DNA from: Tubulanus polymorphus
Taxonomy: Eukaryota; Animalia; Nemertea
Length of the DNA: 64,000 nucleotides
Direction of reading: 5' to 3'
Assembly (NCBI RefSeq): GCF_964204645.1
Contig: NC_134035.1
Span: 10,572,451-10,636,450 of the forward strand
Each line of letters starts with the position of its first letter. The first letter of the stretch is position 1. Made by a program: the position numbers and the translations under genes. The notes beneath the pieces are model-generated. The model was given only the letters and a program-made list of their open reading frames with translations, ran no database searches and was not told the origin of the DNA. Below are positions 24,446-38,452 of this stretch, one piece after another.

Positions 24446-27400
24446 TATATAGCTTGACAAACGTTACAAATTCACTCGAATTTCATGACTTTTGCACCGA
24501 CATTCCGATTCGCAATAAAGCGGTATTCTCCGTTTTTTCTCAAGCCGAATCGCACGAACGCGACAACTTGTAGAAAGAAAATGATTAGATAGTTAGTTAT
24601 ACAATAATGCCACGTGACAGTCGATCCAGAAGCTAGCGTACAGCCATGATCGTTTCCATTACCGTCAATCTCATTTCGTATTAAATTAATCTTATATCGT
24701 ATCAAATGAATTCACGGTTCAACTGTTTTCTCTCACAATTAAGACGCTCGTTATCTGCTGGCAATACGATGAAAGAGTAGCGACGCCGATGTTGTCGATT
24801 CATACATATTAGATGTTCGCGAGGCGGCGAGTAGCTTTGAGTACTCTCGGCGTAAAAACTGTCAACTTCGCAGCCACACGGCCGACCATAAAACGGCGGT
24901 AATTTCTAATCTTCGTCGTTGAACGATACGCCATAAATAGCCGTATGATTGCACCATGCATTATTCAATAACAACTCGGCGAGCGGCACTTGAGCTGGTG
25001 GAAGCGGTAAATCTTAAACACTGCGCGTGACCTGGACACTTTGCCGGGTCGCTAGTGTAGTTCCACCAACGCAACGAATTAAGCTTATCCGATAAACAAG
25101 TATGAAAAATACGACCCGGAAATCTCGTTCGATTTAACGATGTTGTTATTGCAATTAACGTTGGTTTTAATTGTCGGCGGTGTGTACGGGCGAATGGACG
25201 AAACAAAGCGAAACAACTTCACGACGTTGTAGTCGAATATTGTTCTACTTTCAAAGTTATTTCGATAGTTGGACATTTTATGCTTAGGGCTAAATATGCC
25301 GGCGTCGCTGGTTCGTAAGGGTCACGCTAGACGACGAATACAGTAAATCAAATCGATCAATCAAATGAATTGCGGGAAAGTTATCCGTCGAGATCAAAAT
25401 GCCCCCGCATATGGACTTATCCATAGTAAACCCCGGGCACCGGCACGCAACAGATGGCGCAACAAAGCACTCAGTTATAGATAGTGAATATCAGTTTATT
25501 TTCAATTAACTGCGAACTGGATTTTGGGGCTCCCAAATGGAAATTTAGTCAACGAAATCATCAAATAAATACATGAGCTTTGCATCCCCGATGAGCGTAT
25601 GGTATAGTTTCGTTGAGAAAAGATTTAACGATGAGAAAAGTTGATTCGAATTTAATTGAAATGTAGAAGAAACTGAAGCGCGGAAGACCGAGTAACTACA
25701 AGCGAACCTGGCGGATCCTCGCCTGCCATAAGTGGAATCCTCGGTTGCCACGGGAGCGGTGCCGGTTCCGCGTTCCACAATATTGAGAGAAGTTCTAAGT
25801 TTTACTCTCTTCCAGTTTCTAGCTTTTTTCGCCGAACTATCGAATTCACAAATATCTTCTTTGTTGATAAATGCGTATCTTTTGCCATTGAATACACGTA
25901 TCAACTAACTGCACAGCTAGCTGACTCGCGCGTTAGTTTGGAATAGTTTTTATAATAACGAAAAAAAAAACACCTCATACAAGAAAACCAATCGGTTATA
26001 GCGTCGTCAACAACGGCCACCATCGCGTCTTGACCGATTGCGCTATGAAAAAAAATAAACGCAAGCTGAATTCATAGCTGTCGGCCATACTTCGCTAATA
26101 CGTTTCCGAATGACGCTCGAAGTGATACTAATAACGACAAGAGCTTAATATGTGATCAGAGATGATCATCGTGTATGCAAGCTTCATTTGGCGTACAAAA
26201 GCAAGCGCTCGTGGCTTCTTTACCGAAGCCGGTATCGCGTAGATAAGATATTAAATCGGCCCGCAGTATCGAAATTGGATCAAAGGCGCGCCAGGAAATT
26301 TCATCGCCGAAACGTACAGAACGAATTCGTTATTGGTATCGATGAGGACGAATGTTATATACTCATATGCGTGGCGATTAGTGTTTTGTTTTATTGGTCG
26401 ACGACGACCGCCGCGTATCATCGACGGAGGGAGTTATTGCATCGCGCCAAATACTTATCACCTTATCACACGTGTGTGTGTGGTAAATCGTCGATCAAAC
26501 GCGGTCCTGATTACGACCCGAGAAAGCCTTCGTTTCAAAGTAATGATTTTTATATCGCGCGTAGAAAGTTGCGAGTGCGCAGAATATCATTTATTATTAA
26601 CTGTAGATCATAGAAACAATATCAGCGCCGTTGTCAGTGTAGATGAAGATTAATCCAGCCCCACCCCGAAAGTTTACCAGCTTGTGGCGGTTAAGAGGGG
26701 AAGCGAAATTAAGCGCGCTCACCGGGGATCGAACCTGGTCTCAGTAGACATTTACCCAATATTTTGAATAACATTGTTGTATAACTTTTTTTGTCACACA
26801 TTAACTGTGGCGTGATGTAATCTTGGCTAGATATAAGCCTTGGCTATCATCTATCCAAAATAAACCAGAATTTTGTTTCTGATATTGTATTTTATTTACA
26901 TTCATGTTGTATTGTCTTTTTGCTCTGAGCAAATGTACTTTTGTGAGCAATAGAAATATATTCTATTCTATACTAATAGAACTAGTCCACTTGGCCAGTG
27001 GTTACATACAGCTTGTCCCATATGCGTAACACTGTCTTAGCTATTTCCAATTCCTCAATATGACTTTTTGAAAATCATGTCAGAAACATAAGCTATAATG
27101 AGAAAATTTCAAATATTCGACTCATTTAGTTTTCCTTACTGTTACCGGGGATTTCTTCAATATGTAAGCTAGCCTTTTTGCTATACTCATCATAAATTAG
27201 ATCACCATTTTCGGACCGAAATCACATGTAAACAATAAGGACCTAGCAATGTAAGAATTAAGAGATGGCGAAATTAATGAACACAGACCTCGAATATAGA
27301 AAGCAAGCTTACCATTAGACCAATAGAACTGTAATCTACTTGGCCAGTGGTAATTTGTAAAACAGATTCTTCTAAGATACAGACTATAGCCTACATTCTT

Positions 27401-29301
27401 TTTCTTTGCATCTTTTAACTTATATTTGATCGGATATGGATGTAATCTCGTCTCGGAGGCGGGTTTCGTTTTTTATCTGAGACGACGTGATGATAAATTC
27501 AGGGTTTATTCGATTTAATTGCAAAGATTTGATTTTCATTACACATGATAAGCTATGTATTCGCGAGTTGTGGGAAGCTCATTCATGGGTGGTGTTGCTT
27601 TTGAATTGTAATTACGCCACAGAGGGCTGTACACCTAAGCTTGATTAATTAACTGCAATAGACACGTCTACCTGGTTTCGATAATTATCGCACAGAACGG
27701 CGACCGTGGTTTATGAAGCTCTTCTATACTGCCTGTTCATAATGTTTTTTTATCGTTGTTCCCTTTACGGGCCAGACACGCGTTATCGACGGATCGGATA
27801 TTCTTACTGGCGGGGATGGGTCAAAACAGTTCCAGTCGCCCAAGAAAATTCACCGCCAACCGGGATTCGAACCCATCCATGTTTTTAAAGATCGGGACTC
27901 ACAGTCGACTGTGGCAATCGAGGATCCACCAGGTGGCAACAGTCCGCATTCTACGAGTTCTTCTCAAATTCGATAGAAATCTATCAATAACTTCTCAAAT
28001 TCTCTATGAATGACGAATTTAAATTCTGCTATTACGAACCCTAAAGATCAATCTGAATTTATCAAGAGCCGTGCTTTTTTATGATTGTGAACATGGAAAA
28101 GTAAGAATCTCGATGAAAGTTAATTGAAAATTAACAAAAATCTTGATTAAAGTCGATCTATCGTTGTGTGAGCTGGTGGGAACACTGGAGTGGAGTGGAG
28201 TCCACATTCGGCACCCTGACTCGCGCCAGAAACACGCCATATACGACGAACACCCGCTAAAAGCGCGGCAATCTCGCCGAAGGTCAAATCAAGTAACTCG
28301 ACGCTGAAATATCGCGCGTCTTGCTGTGACTCTAACAGTCGCAACGCGAAGAAATTAATCACGATGGTAAAAAGTACGGTAACCGTCGCAGCGTGCTGGA
28401 AACAACAACCGCGGGACTGAGGGCGACATTAACCCACGCTTCGCGAAAACGCGGTAGAGTCGCGTGTACCCGAAAACGCCGTAAATATATCTATATGATT
28501 GACGTTTTGCGATATATCTTGACTAGAAGCTACGTACGCGAGACGACTCACCCGATAGACGATAACCCGTCGATATCGTTGATAGAAACTACGTTCGTTT
28601 TGGTTAAACGTAAATTAAGCTTCAAAATTGGACCGGGTTTAACGATTCCTATTCGGATTTCTCTTCGATTGTGATTCAGTTTTGATCCGACGATTGTAAT
28701 TAAAATCTACAGGGGTCGCTTTTCATGACCTGGGCTTTTTTTCATTTCTCGAAATGAGGAATTATCTATTTGATTGATTGGTTGATTTTGATTTGATTTG
28801 AATTTTGTGTCTCTTACAAACCCACCGTACCTGCCGGGAACGACACAGGCGGCTTGATCGTGACATCTGAAATCGAAGTATACACGGATATAGTAGCACG
28901 ATCGCGTTAGACCAGTTAACGTTGCACATCTGTCGTATTTTGTTTCACTACCTCTAGTTTTTTTGTGCTACAAACAATGTGTATGTGTGTTAAATAGGGG
29001 TAACTTCAAGACAGATTTAAAATGACAACAGTAATCAGGATTACCCGAGTAAAGTGTGGTTTATATCGCTCTCGCGTCGCATTGTTGCAAATTTTAAAGG
29101 TCAATTTTACATAACTAAAAACTAGAGATTCACGCGGTTTGAATGTTGCTAAAACTATCAAAATCGATCCGGGGACAAATAAAATATGATAAAACGCACA
29201 TCACAAATAGTTTTCAAAAAAGAGAAATACATGACCCAACAATTACAGGACAAAAAGTACCCTAACAAAATGGCGGCTAGCAACCGTAAAATGCTTTATT
29301 A

Positions 29302-29397
29302 AGCCCAACGCACGCGGCACCGAAAAAACGTTTTCTCCTCGTGAAAAACGTGTTTTCTGTTTCGGCGAAACAAAATTTTTGCCGTGTGCGTTGGGCT
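29302..29397. mobile_element. Tourist/Harbinger-like MITE with TTA target-site duplication
   Basis: tta|AGCCCAACGCACGCGGCA ... TGCCGTGTGCGTTGGGCT|tta. Related termini occur at ~43475-43648 and ~58367 (SPDEF intron). Confidence 0.8.
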
Positions 29398-32300
29398 TTA
29401 CGGGAGATATCTTGATTTTATGATACTAATATGAAATTTACGACAGAAAGTGAACTTTGACATAAATGCCTATTATGTTATGTATGTACCCAGTATATAC
29501 ATGCCAAATACCATAATCGCAATATGAGAAGTATATATTCAGCTTGAAGAAGTGATATTGAAATTATCTATTATTAATACCGCAGCATGATAAGAACACG
29601 ACAGAACCTTTCGTGAAAGTGTACGCGTATAATGTTCATCGGTTTTTACGGATGAATATTTCAAACGAATCGCGACGATTTAATTGGTTCAAACGGTCGA
29701 GTTTTGAGCGCTCAAAATAACTCCATTCCAACCGCCCGATTTGAAATATGACACTGTTTTTTCCTTCTTGTCATTCAAGTATATTTTTTATCGAAGGGGA
29801 TTGTTCTGCCTCGGGTATACAATGACTTTAAAAGTCACGGTTTTCTTACTAAATCATAAAGTCATAGTCAATAAACGTCATAAATGCAAGAACATCTAGT
29901 TCTAATAATCATTCAAATTTGTAACCGTCTTAAGGACGAGCAATAGCGAACGCTGATATTACACTTTCACTCATCAGTTTGTTATTAGATTTATTACTGC
30001 CGTTATTACAAAGTGAATGATATTAGATTGTTGCCAGTTCGCCTGGAAACTCGAACTGTTTTATCATTTACACCGACCCATTTACTTATTAGAAAGGTGC
30101 AGTCAAATATATACATATATATATACATGGTTTATATATTCAGTCTAGATCGTTTCTGTCCTGAGCGATACTTTGTCTTATGAATCCGCCTCCATTGTGT
30201 GGCGCTCTTCACACTAGTAACTATTGTCTTGATAAAATCCGATGATTTTAACAGATAACGTCGGATGAGCATGTTAATTTCTTTCAGAATACCTCCGATT
30301 ACGATACCGAATATATAAGTTGTTATGTTGTATGAATGTATCTGTAACTTTGACTGTAACACAAAATGTGGTGTACATTCGAATTGAACGCAAATATGTT
30401 TCTGTCTGGAGATATTGGCGAAGTTGAAATTAGGTAAACATAGCACGTATCGTGATGTGGAAGTTAGATATTTGTCATTTGATACGGAGTCCAGTAACTC
30501 TAATAACTCTAATAGAGACTGCGATTTGAACTTTGAGTCTGATAGGTTAATTTGAATGTCTCAGCGCGTGATGGCCAATATACATTTTCAATGTAAGATC
30601 GGCCCCGTAACCTTTACCCAGGAACGATACAACCGCTCCGGTCCGACGTTGGAGAACAAAGTGGCTTAGATACATCGACTGTTCCAAGCGCCGTTGTCTT
30701 GTGTCTTGATTGCCTTTATCATCTAATTGTCACGCTGAGGCACAGTTTATCCTCGATGCGATATGTTGTGAATATCCTTTCCCGCATGTTTAATGTAACC
30801 ACGAAGTAGATATAGGCTAGATCGGACGAAATGTTAAATAGTTCGATATACAAAAGTCGATATCCAAAATTCAGCTATTCTTTATTGAGATATGGAGGAA
30901 AATGAGTTTTTTTCATCGCAAAAACAACTACTTGGGCAGACCCAAAAGGGAAGGGCGCAGAAGGTGTGGACCTCTTTTAAAATGTCAAGTTACCCTAAAT
31001 TTTAAAAGTATAGTGAAAAAATCAACTATAGAATATCAACGGATGCTTAAATTCATAAGAATGTTTGTTCTCTGTAGGCCTACATCCAAACTTGAGGAAA
31101 TGTTTTCCGAACATCGGGTATTCGATGAAGTGCCCTGTTTTGGGTGCACCCCTCCTGAATCAGAACCTGGATCCGCCCGGGAATATCAAAGCGTGCATCT
31201 AACATTACTGGTTTGGGTTACGCGTTGCAAGACGAGTCCATAGCGAGATCTGGCATTTCTTTATCTGCCATCGTCGGTAAAAAAAACCCAGTCCTTCTGT
31301 CCCTTTTAAAAGCCGTCAGTCCCCTGCCGGTGTAAACGAAATAAAAAGCCGTCGCGTGCATTCGTCATCCATGCTTTTATCAGTAACACGATTCGGTTAA
31401 TCGGTTCCGCTGACATCAATATGTAAAAGGTATAGAAAATCTAGAAAGGTTTTTCGATAATCCGTTATATCTTACTGTAACCGGAGTATCTATTCAATCG
31501 TTTCATATTTTATTCAGAGGTCCGCGCGTTGCGATGGCGTGGAAAGCGAATCGCCCGACCTGTTCAGATTTCATTCTACGTTCCTTTCAATTATAACCGA
31601 ATTTGTATATGTACGTCCATAATTTTTATGTTCCGAACGACAGGGAGAGTTTCGTTGGAATGGAGTTTATGGAAATGCCACGAGTTAACTATTCAGTCAT
31701 TCTGCTTTTAAAAACCCAAAGCTTATTCATCTAAAGCGTTTTGAAATCAAGATTATTTTTTTACGAAGCTGATAAATAAAAGAGAATACAGTCCGTAATG
31801 GAAACGGGGATGATACTGTCCGTTAAAACCTAACATTGTTTGTTCGAAAATATTAGCTTTTATTATTGTTTGTCTGAGCGATCGCACCGTGGAGCGAATT
31901 ATAGAAATACTAACGCAAGTTTTCAGGTGTTCGTAGCCTAATAGCGTTTTTCCACTTTTTGATCGAGTGCAGTGCTTTTATCGGACATTTCGAATCGAAA
32001 ACGAACTCATAAATCAGCATAAATTGACTGCGAAAACCAGTACGCGCCACAAAGTGATCGTCCAGAATTGTAATAGTTTCAGTACGAACATCGATTAGGC
32101 CTCACAGCGTGAATCGGATGATCATGTCACAGTTCTGTTACGTAGACCAGGGGCAAGTTAACTAAAATTTGGTAAACGCTAACTATCGAATGCCGTATTA
32201 ACGATGAATTTACCATTTTTCTATTTTTTTTTACTCATTTTCACTATGTCACCTAAACGAGCAACTGGCACCTGCGTTCGAAAACAGGTATTCACGTCTT

Positions 32301-32752
32301 TCGTTGCAAATCTATTCAATCGACGAACAGCTACAAAAAAAACCCGATGCACGTCAGGCAATTTTGTCTATTTCTCCTCAGAAGCTGTCGTATAGATTCT
32401 CCGCATTTATCACCGTTTATGCGCTGTTAAAAACGAATCATCGAGCGTCTCTTTTTTCGTGCAACCCGGGGTTTTTTCGACAAGCGAACAAGCGTGGCTC
32501 TAAATTCGATATGGTTTGTACAAACAGCAGACGCTGCGGTGAGCGCGTGAGACGCCGGATGTAAACACGTCGAATCTAATCGTTCAAGCGTTGGGTACGT
32601 GTCATCGGAAAAAACAGTTGGATTTCTTTTATAAAACGGGGACAATAACATCCATCTGGGCGTATCGCCGTATATTATCTCTACATAATACACACTTTTT
32701 TATTATCATTTCCATTTTTCTGTGGCCTTTCCGTAAACGGGTAAGTTACCTG

Positions 32753-32904
32753 GGACCAGTTGGCCAAAAGTTGGTTAGAGCATGGACTACGAATCGAAAT
32801 AATTTCGTAGTCCATGGTTAGTGTTGGACGGTAATAGTGCAATTCAAAATTTCACTACGTCATTTATCCACCGGTTAACTGACCAACATTTGAGCAACTG
32901 ATCC
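32753..32904. mobile_element. PIF/Harbinger-like MITE, second subfamily
   Basis: ctg|GGACCAGTTGGCCAAAAGTTGGTTAG ... CTGACCAACATTTGAGCAACTGATCC|cag, with internal hairpin CATGGACTACGAA...TTCGTAGTCCATG. Relatives at ~34565-34687 and 38340-38452. Confidence 0.75.
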
Positions 32905-34749
32905 CAGCGGAGTTACCTGGTGAAAGGATAGATTTTCAAATGTCACTACCGCGTGGTTTACTTCAACCAACGTTGTTTATCGAAATCTTAGTTCAAAACT
33001 AGGTTTTATCTATAGATTTCTAACCGATGTCTTCCTTAAAGATAATCAATTTCATGTCGAAAAAGATCTACGTGTAAAATGTGCTCGATACACGACACGT
33101 TTTGTTCCAATCTATAATCAGAATTGCATCTTATAATGTAAAGAGACGAAGGAATACGGAAGTATGTTCGTTGATACGTATTGTATATATGATTGAATTG
33201 CGAACATGTAAGGCATATACATATGTTATCAATTCTCGGTCATAAAACGAGGCGAGGAGACAATTATTCGTCATAATGCGTCTGGAAAGTTGCCAGGGTA
33301 TTTTGTTATCGATTCGTCGAAAGCTATGCTCTTTTACTTATATCATTGTTTTCTGCTCGCTGACTGTCTAGTTTTTACGTCCAATATGGTTTATCATTAT
33401 TAATTCATAAACTTCGAAGCGGAGACGACGATGTTTTACGAAGCTTTTCGAATGAAAGTTAAGTCTGTTGTGCGATTGTGTCTGAGTTCGTCGTCAAAAA
33501 TGATAAATGTCTGCTCTACACAAGCCACGATAATACGACGAAGTTATGGTCCGGTTCGAACCAAGGGCTCGGTCGATGTCCCCGTCATTTTGGCCCGTAC
33601 CCAATCAGAGAAGCGATTGTGTGGGAAGCAAGGTGAGTTACTTCCAGAAGTATTCTCAGGGAATGATTTGACCCATTGGCATGGACTAGGCCCGATGCTT
33701 TTGGTCGTACCAAGAAGGCACTGACCCATTTGGCACCAGCGTCAATCTGACCTGGCCCGGGCCCGACTTCGTCCGGGCCAAGGGCGCTCGTATGGTCGCG
33801 GCTTTAGACCGTGTGGAACCGCGGCATTGCAATACGGATATACTCTCAAATTGACTTTCGATCCGGCAAAACATAGCAATGAACGCACCGCACTGCCGCG
33901 AATATGCGCATGAACTGAATTTATCATAAGACGTATCACCCAAATGGACTCGATTGAGGATGTGTATATCATACTCGGTATAATCTACGCATCAAAATAT
34001 TAGTTATATCATATAATGTTTGGATCATAAGCCGATCACGCGATCACTGGTGGATGATCTCGGGTGCTGGTTGTACGCTACTGCTCTTCGTTCGCGAATC
34101 GCCATTTTCAGCCAGTTTCAGAACGCATCGGTAAAAGCGCGTTGTGTAATCGAATTGTTAATATCCGCGTGTCGGCTGCCGTCTAATCTCTGACCGACCG
34201 GAGTCGTCGGTTTCGGACCGCGACGCACGATCACGAATTGAAAGCGATCGTTATCGATATCGACAGCTTTTAGGTCAAACTCGTTCGTCGTCTCGATCTT
34301 CGGTCCACGTAATCTCTTCTGAAACAAATACCGGATTAGTTATACGCAGCAGTGTCCATGTAACAAAGCTACATCTAGCTGTGTTATTGGCATCAAGTTG
34401 TCCGGCCCGGTCAAATCATTTATACATCATACGATATTCAAATCATCCATGGTAAACATATCTGACATTTTGCAAGTTGTTTGAAATGTTTGGTCCTCTT
34501 GGTGACTTTTAGAAGACGTAGTTTTGCAATCGGCCGCATTTTATTTAGGTTTCGAGGATATCAGGTTCGAGTTGTCCAGAAAGGTTGGTTGAAGTTAACT
34601 ACCATGTGATAACTGTAGGTTTCGTTGTCGCTATGTTAGTTATTCGCTCGTTAACATGAACCAGTTTTGAGCCATCAGCTGGACTCAGGTTTCAGAACCT
34701 CAGGATTAGGATACATCTTGATGATCACTTATAAGCTCTGTAGCGCCAT

Positions 34750-34885
34750 GGATTCGAACCCGAAGGCATCGAGACTGCACCGAACGCGCCGTACATGCGC
34801 AGCTGACGTGTGGTAGAAACGGCAGGGTTTTGCGCTGTAGTTGAGTGTCGGGATACCATCAGGTTCGAATCCCTGCCGAAGGAGG
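34750..34885. mobile_element. Shorter copy of the B-box-TIR fold-back element
   Basis: GGATTCGAACCCGAAGGCATCGAGACT ... GATACCATCAGGTTCGAATCCCTGCCGAAGG; same termini as 12056-12382. Confidence 0.7.
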
Positions 34886-36707
34886 CTATTATAGCATATT
34901 TACTATCTGAATATCCCTGTAATCAGAAACTGATTTTCAATCAAATTCCGAGGATGTATCGAGCGAAATCACGGAGAACTAATCGAAATAAAGTTTCGTT
35001 TTTCATTTATCCCCGATTCCCATGGCGTTCAAAGGTGGCTTCGTGTAACGTTTCAGTATAATTTAAATCACCTTCGTCGATGTCAAAAACCGATATGAAA
35101 AGACCTGTAACCTATTTCCATTGGGTTTCGACGTGTCACTACTGCTGCTGATGCACAAGTTCCCGGAACACATACCAGGGATAAGTTTGGTATACGAATA
35201 TGAAAATACGAACTCAAATACAGATTTGACACCTACAACCCGTTTGACACCTACTGACGTCATCTTGACGGTGTATCGCCCCGTCAATCAGCTTGGCTTT
35301 ACAGTTTTTGAGTAGTTTCATTATAGGAAATCGCGGTCAAGTAAAAAGGGCATCATTATTCAAGAATCGAAGGGCTAAAACACTTTTCACTGACTAGTCG
35401 AAAGTTTTGAAATAATATTTTGGCGAGTGTTGTCGGTATGACTTGGTCTTCATTAATGGACACGGCAAACGAACAGCCCTCATTTCTTGGTGGATAGCGG
35501 CTCGAAGTACTTTGCGTTGCACGCAGACGATTTGTTTCGGTGTTACGTGTGTTTAACGAACGTCACGGATTTGTATAACAAATTTTCAGTTTTATAACGT
35601 ATCATCATTTAGCTCCGTAGTCGCGGCCCGTTACGTAAATCTTAATGACTATAAATTGCGGCGAAGACATGCACGAACGTGCTTAGAATGGATGCTAATG
35701 TTCTGCTTAATTGAAACTACTTAAAGTTACGTTTTTCCCCGTGTAAGATATACTATCTCGAACACGACCGCAGCGAATACACGATTCGGATGTTACGTTA
35801 AAAACTATATACGAAATTATTTTCCATCACGTGAAGAGAACACTCTTTTGTAATTCTACCTCACAAATTGATAATAAAGTATGTAAAGTAAAATGATAGA
35901 ATATGCGGATTTCATTACAACATGTTAATCCCAACAATCTCCACTCGCGTTTCCCCCGTCGACTAATTCTACAAGAAAACAAATAAATTTAACGTCTCGT
36001 TTATTTGACGTTCCCTGTGCGTATCTCGAGACCGTGTTAGTTTCGCCTTGTCATCAGGTTCGAATCCCTGTCGAACGGTGAATCGGCCAGTTTTTCATCA
36101 TTTCATCGTTCTCAATACGTAAACGTCGCTCGTGGCATGCGAACTAGCCACCGCGGCTTAATTTCTAATTTCACCGTCGGATTAGAATCGCATTTTTAAC
36201 ACCGCAGTCAAAGACTTATCGTATCAGACATCAATTTCACGGGCTGCAGGTGGATGGATACCCGATGGAATATCAATTCCTCCTCGTGATATTTTTCCTT
36301 TGTTCCGTCGATGGATAAAAAATAGCGTTTATACGTATGCTATTTGATATATGTCGCAGTGACGTCACTGATGACGATGAATGCGGTTCAAAATGATGAT
36401 CCAGCGTAGGACGATAATGTGGGCACGTGACATCCGAGATGTAACGGAAATCCTTTGCTATACTTATCCCGGAAAAAAAGCGAATACAATACCAAAATTC
36501 ATCAGTTCTTTAAGTCGCAAAAAGTCAAGTAATGAAAAAACCGACAATATATAAATGAAAAAGCGCTGTCAGGGTGGAAGATTTTGACCTTGACCTGAGT
36601 ACTCTTCGACAGACAGTGCATTAAAACTGTGACCCACCAAATTAAAGTGGTACAAATTCACTTATTCAAAACTATCCTCATGATTTATCCATTCAATGTA
36701 GGAAAAC

Positions 36708-36797
36708 ATGGGTTTGACTGCACCGTTGAAGCGCATTGTGGGTCATATATATTTTATATGACCCACAGTGCGCTTCACCTCAGTGCAATCAAACCAT
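36708..36797. repeat. Near-perfect inverted repeat (hairpin, ~42-bp arms)
   Basis: ATGGGTTTGACTGCACCGTTGAAGCGCATTGTGGGTCATATA / TATATGACCCACAGTGCGCTTCACCTCAGTGCAATCAAACCAT with a short AT loop. Confidence 0.85.
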
Positions 36798-38132
36798 AAC
36801 CCACAAAATAAAGTGTTGAAATTGTTATTTCGAAAATGTCCTCATGAGTTATCCACCTTTATATACGATTTATATAGAATGTTATGAGAATTCTCGTCAC
36901 GAATGGCGTTCACACGGATCCTTTTACCTGCGCTGTACCTGTTCAGCTACATGCGATAAACTAACGAGACGCCGTCGCGGTGCGGTTCGCCTGTGCGTTG
37001 ATAGGCTCGGCGACCTGTTATTCGTCTTAATTCCAGTCACAGCTCGAATTAAACGCGAATACGTGGTCTATATACCATCCATCAAACTCGGGTCGAATCG
37101 AGTCTGAGTCGGCGACGGTATACACGTCCGTGAATATCGTGTTACATTGAAGCGCGAAAATAAATCATATTCAATTCATTTTTCAAGTTTTAACGGCGTG
37201 TTTTATCGAAAAAGGATCGAGAGATTTGATGAATAATAATCGTTTCAAAGAGTATAAATGATTGTTGCCGATTCACCACGTTTTTAAGATTATATTGACG
37301 TTGCCAGGTATTAGTTTTATAGATTATAAATGTCAACACGCGAACTCAATTGATGACCTATAAAAACCGTCACAACAAGAGTTACCGAGATCAATTTTCA
37401 TCGCATTTCACTAATACCCGAACAAACAATTTCTATCTGAAACAGTGTTATCCCTTCCAATAATATCCCGAAAGGCGAATTATGTACAGCGAGTCGAAAA
37501 TTGTATATAAGACTTTCCAAAACGGAAAAGAAAACGACAATCCGGGGGCTGGGGATAATACCTTCAAAGTTACGAGACACAGATCGACAATTGCTGACGA
37601 TCATCTCGCGACTTTTTGTGAGATTTTTCAGTTCCCGATTAGGATACAAAAAAAAAACAACGCCGAATATATCAAAGAAATCAGCGACGGGATTTTCATG
37701 TTATTATCAGCGTTCCGTACGGGCAAACGACGTAAAAATACGCCGGTTTACTTACGACTTCTTTTGATGAAGCAAAACCTACGAATAAAAACTGTTAGCT
37801 GTCGCAGTTGTAGGAGGGCGATGCAACAAAAGCAATTGAAATACAAAAATATGCGAAAATCCAATCTTGCAAACAAACGAAGCTCAAATGATTAGATAAG
37901 AACCTTGTATAGCGGGAGACAGCAAAAAGTCAGGAGCAACATACCATGTGTTATTGCCTTGTTTCAAAATGATTTCAGTGTAGCGTTAGTTCTTAATCGG
38001 TGTGACTGGAGACGACATCTTTACATTTCTATTGAATTAGATAAATGATCTTTCATATGGGATATGTCGGATTGGACATCATGTCTCAATATAGAAACGA
38101 CCATGATGGACTTGTAAGGGACTAGGATCCAG

Positions 38133-38452
38133 GGACCAGTTCCACAGTTCCGGGTTAAGATTTGACTCTGAGTCAACTCATTGAAAATGAACTAACTTTA
38201 ACTCAGAGCTAACTCTAACTCACAACTGTGGAACTGGGTCCAGTTCCACACTTGTGAGTTAGATTTGACTCGGAGTTAACTCATTGAAAATGAACTAACT
38301 TTAACACAGAGTTAACTCTAACTCGCAACTATGGAACTGGGCCTTGTTGCTCAAAAGTTGGTCAAAAACTATAGTAACAACAAACTTTAATCGGTCACTA
38401 GACTATGTCACTATCCACTGATTAATTGTGACCATTTTTCGAGCAGCTGGTC
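38133..38452. mobile_element. Three Harbinger-like MITEs fused end-to-end (two of the first subfamily, one of the second)
   Basis: cag|GGACCAGTTCCACAGTT...AACTGTGGAACTGG-GT-CCAGTTCCACACTT...AACTATGGAACTGG-GCC-TTGTTGCTCAAAAGTTGGTC...GACCATTTTTCGAGCAGCTGGTC. Confidence 0.85.

Noticed and set aside
36030-36075. CTGATGA...GAAA on the minus strand resembling a hammerhead
   Set aside because: The six bases between the boxes cannot form stem II; it is a variant of the B-box element arm.
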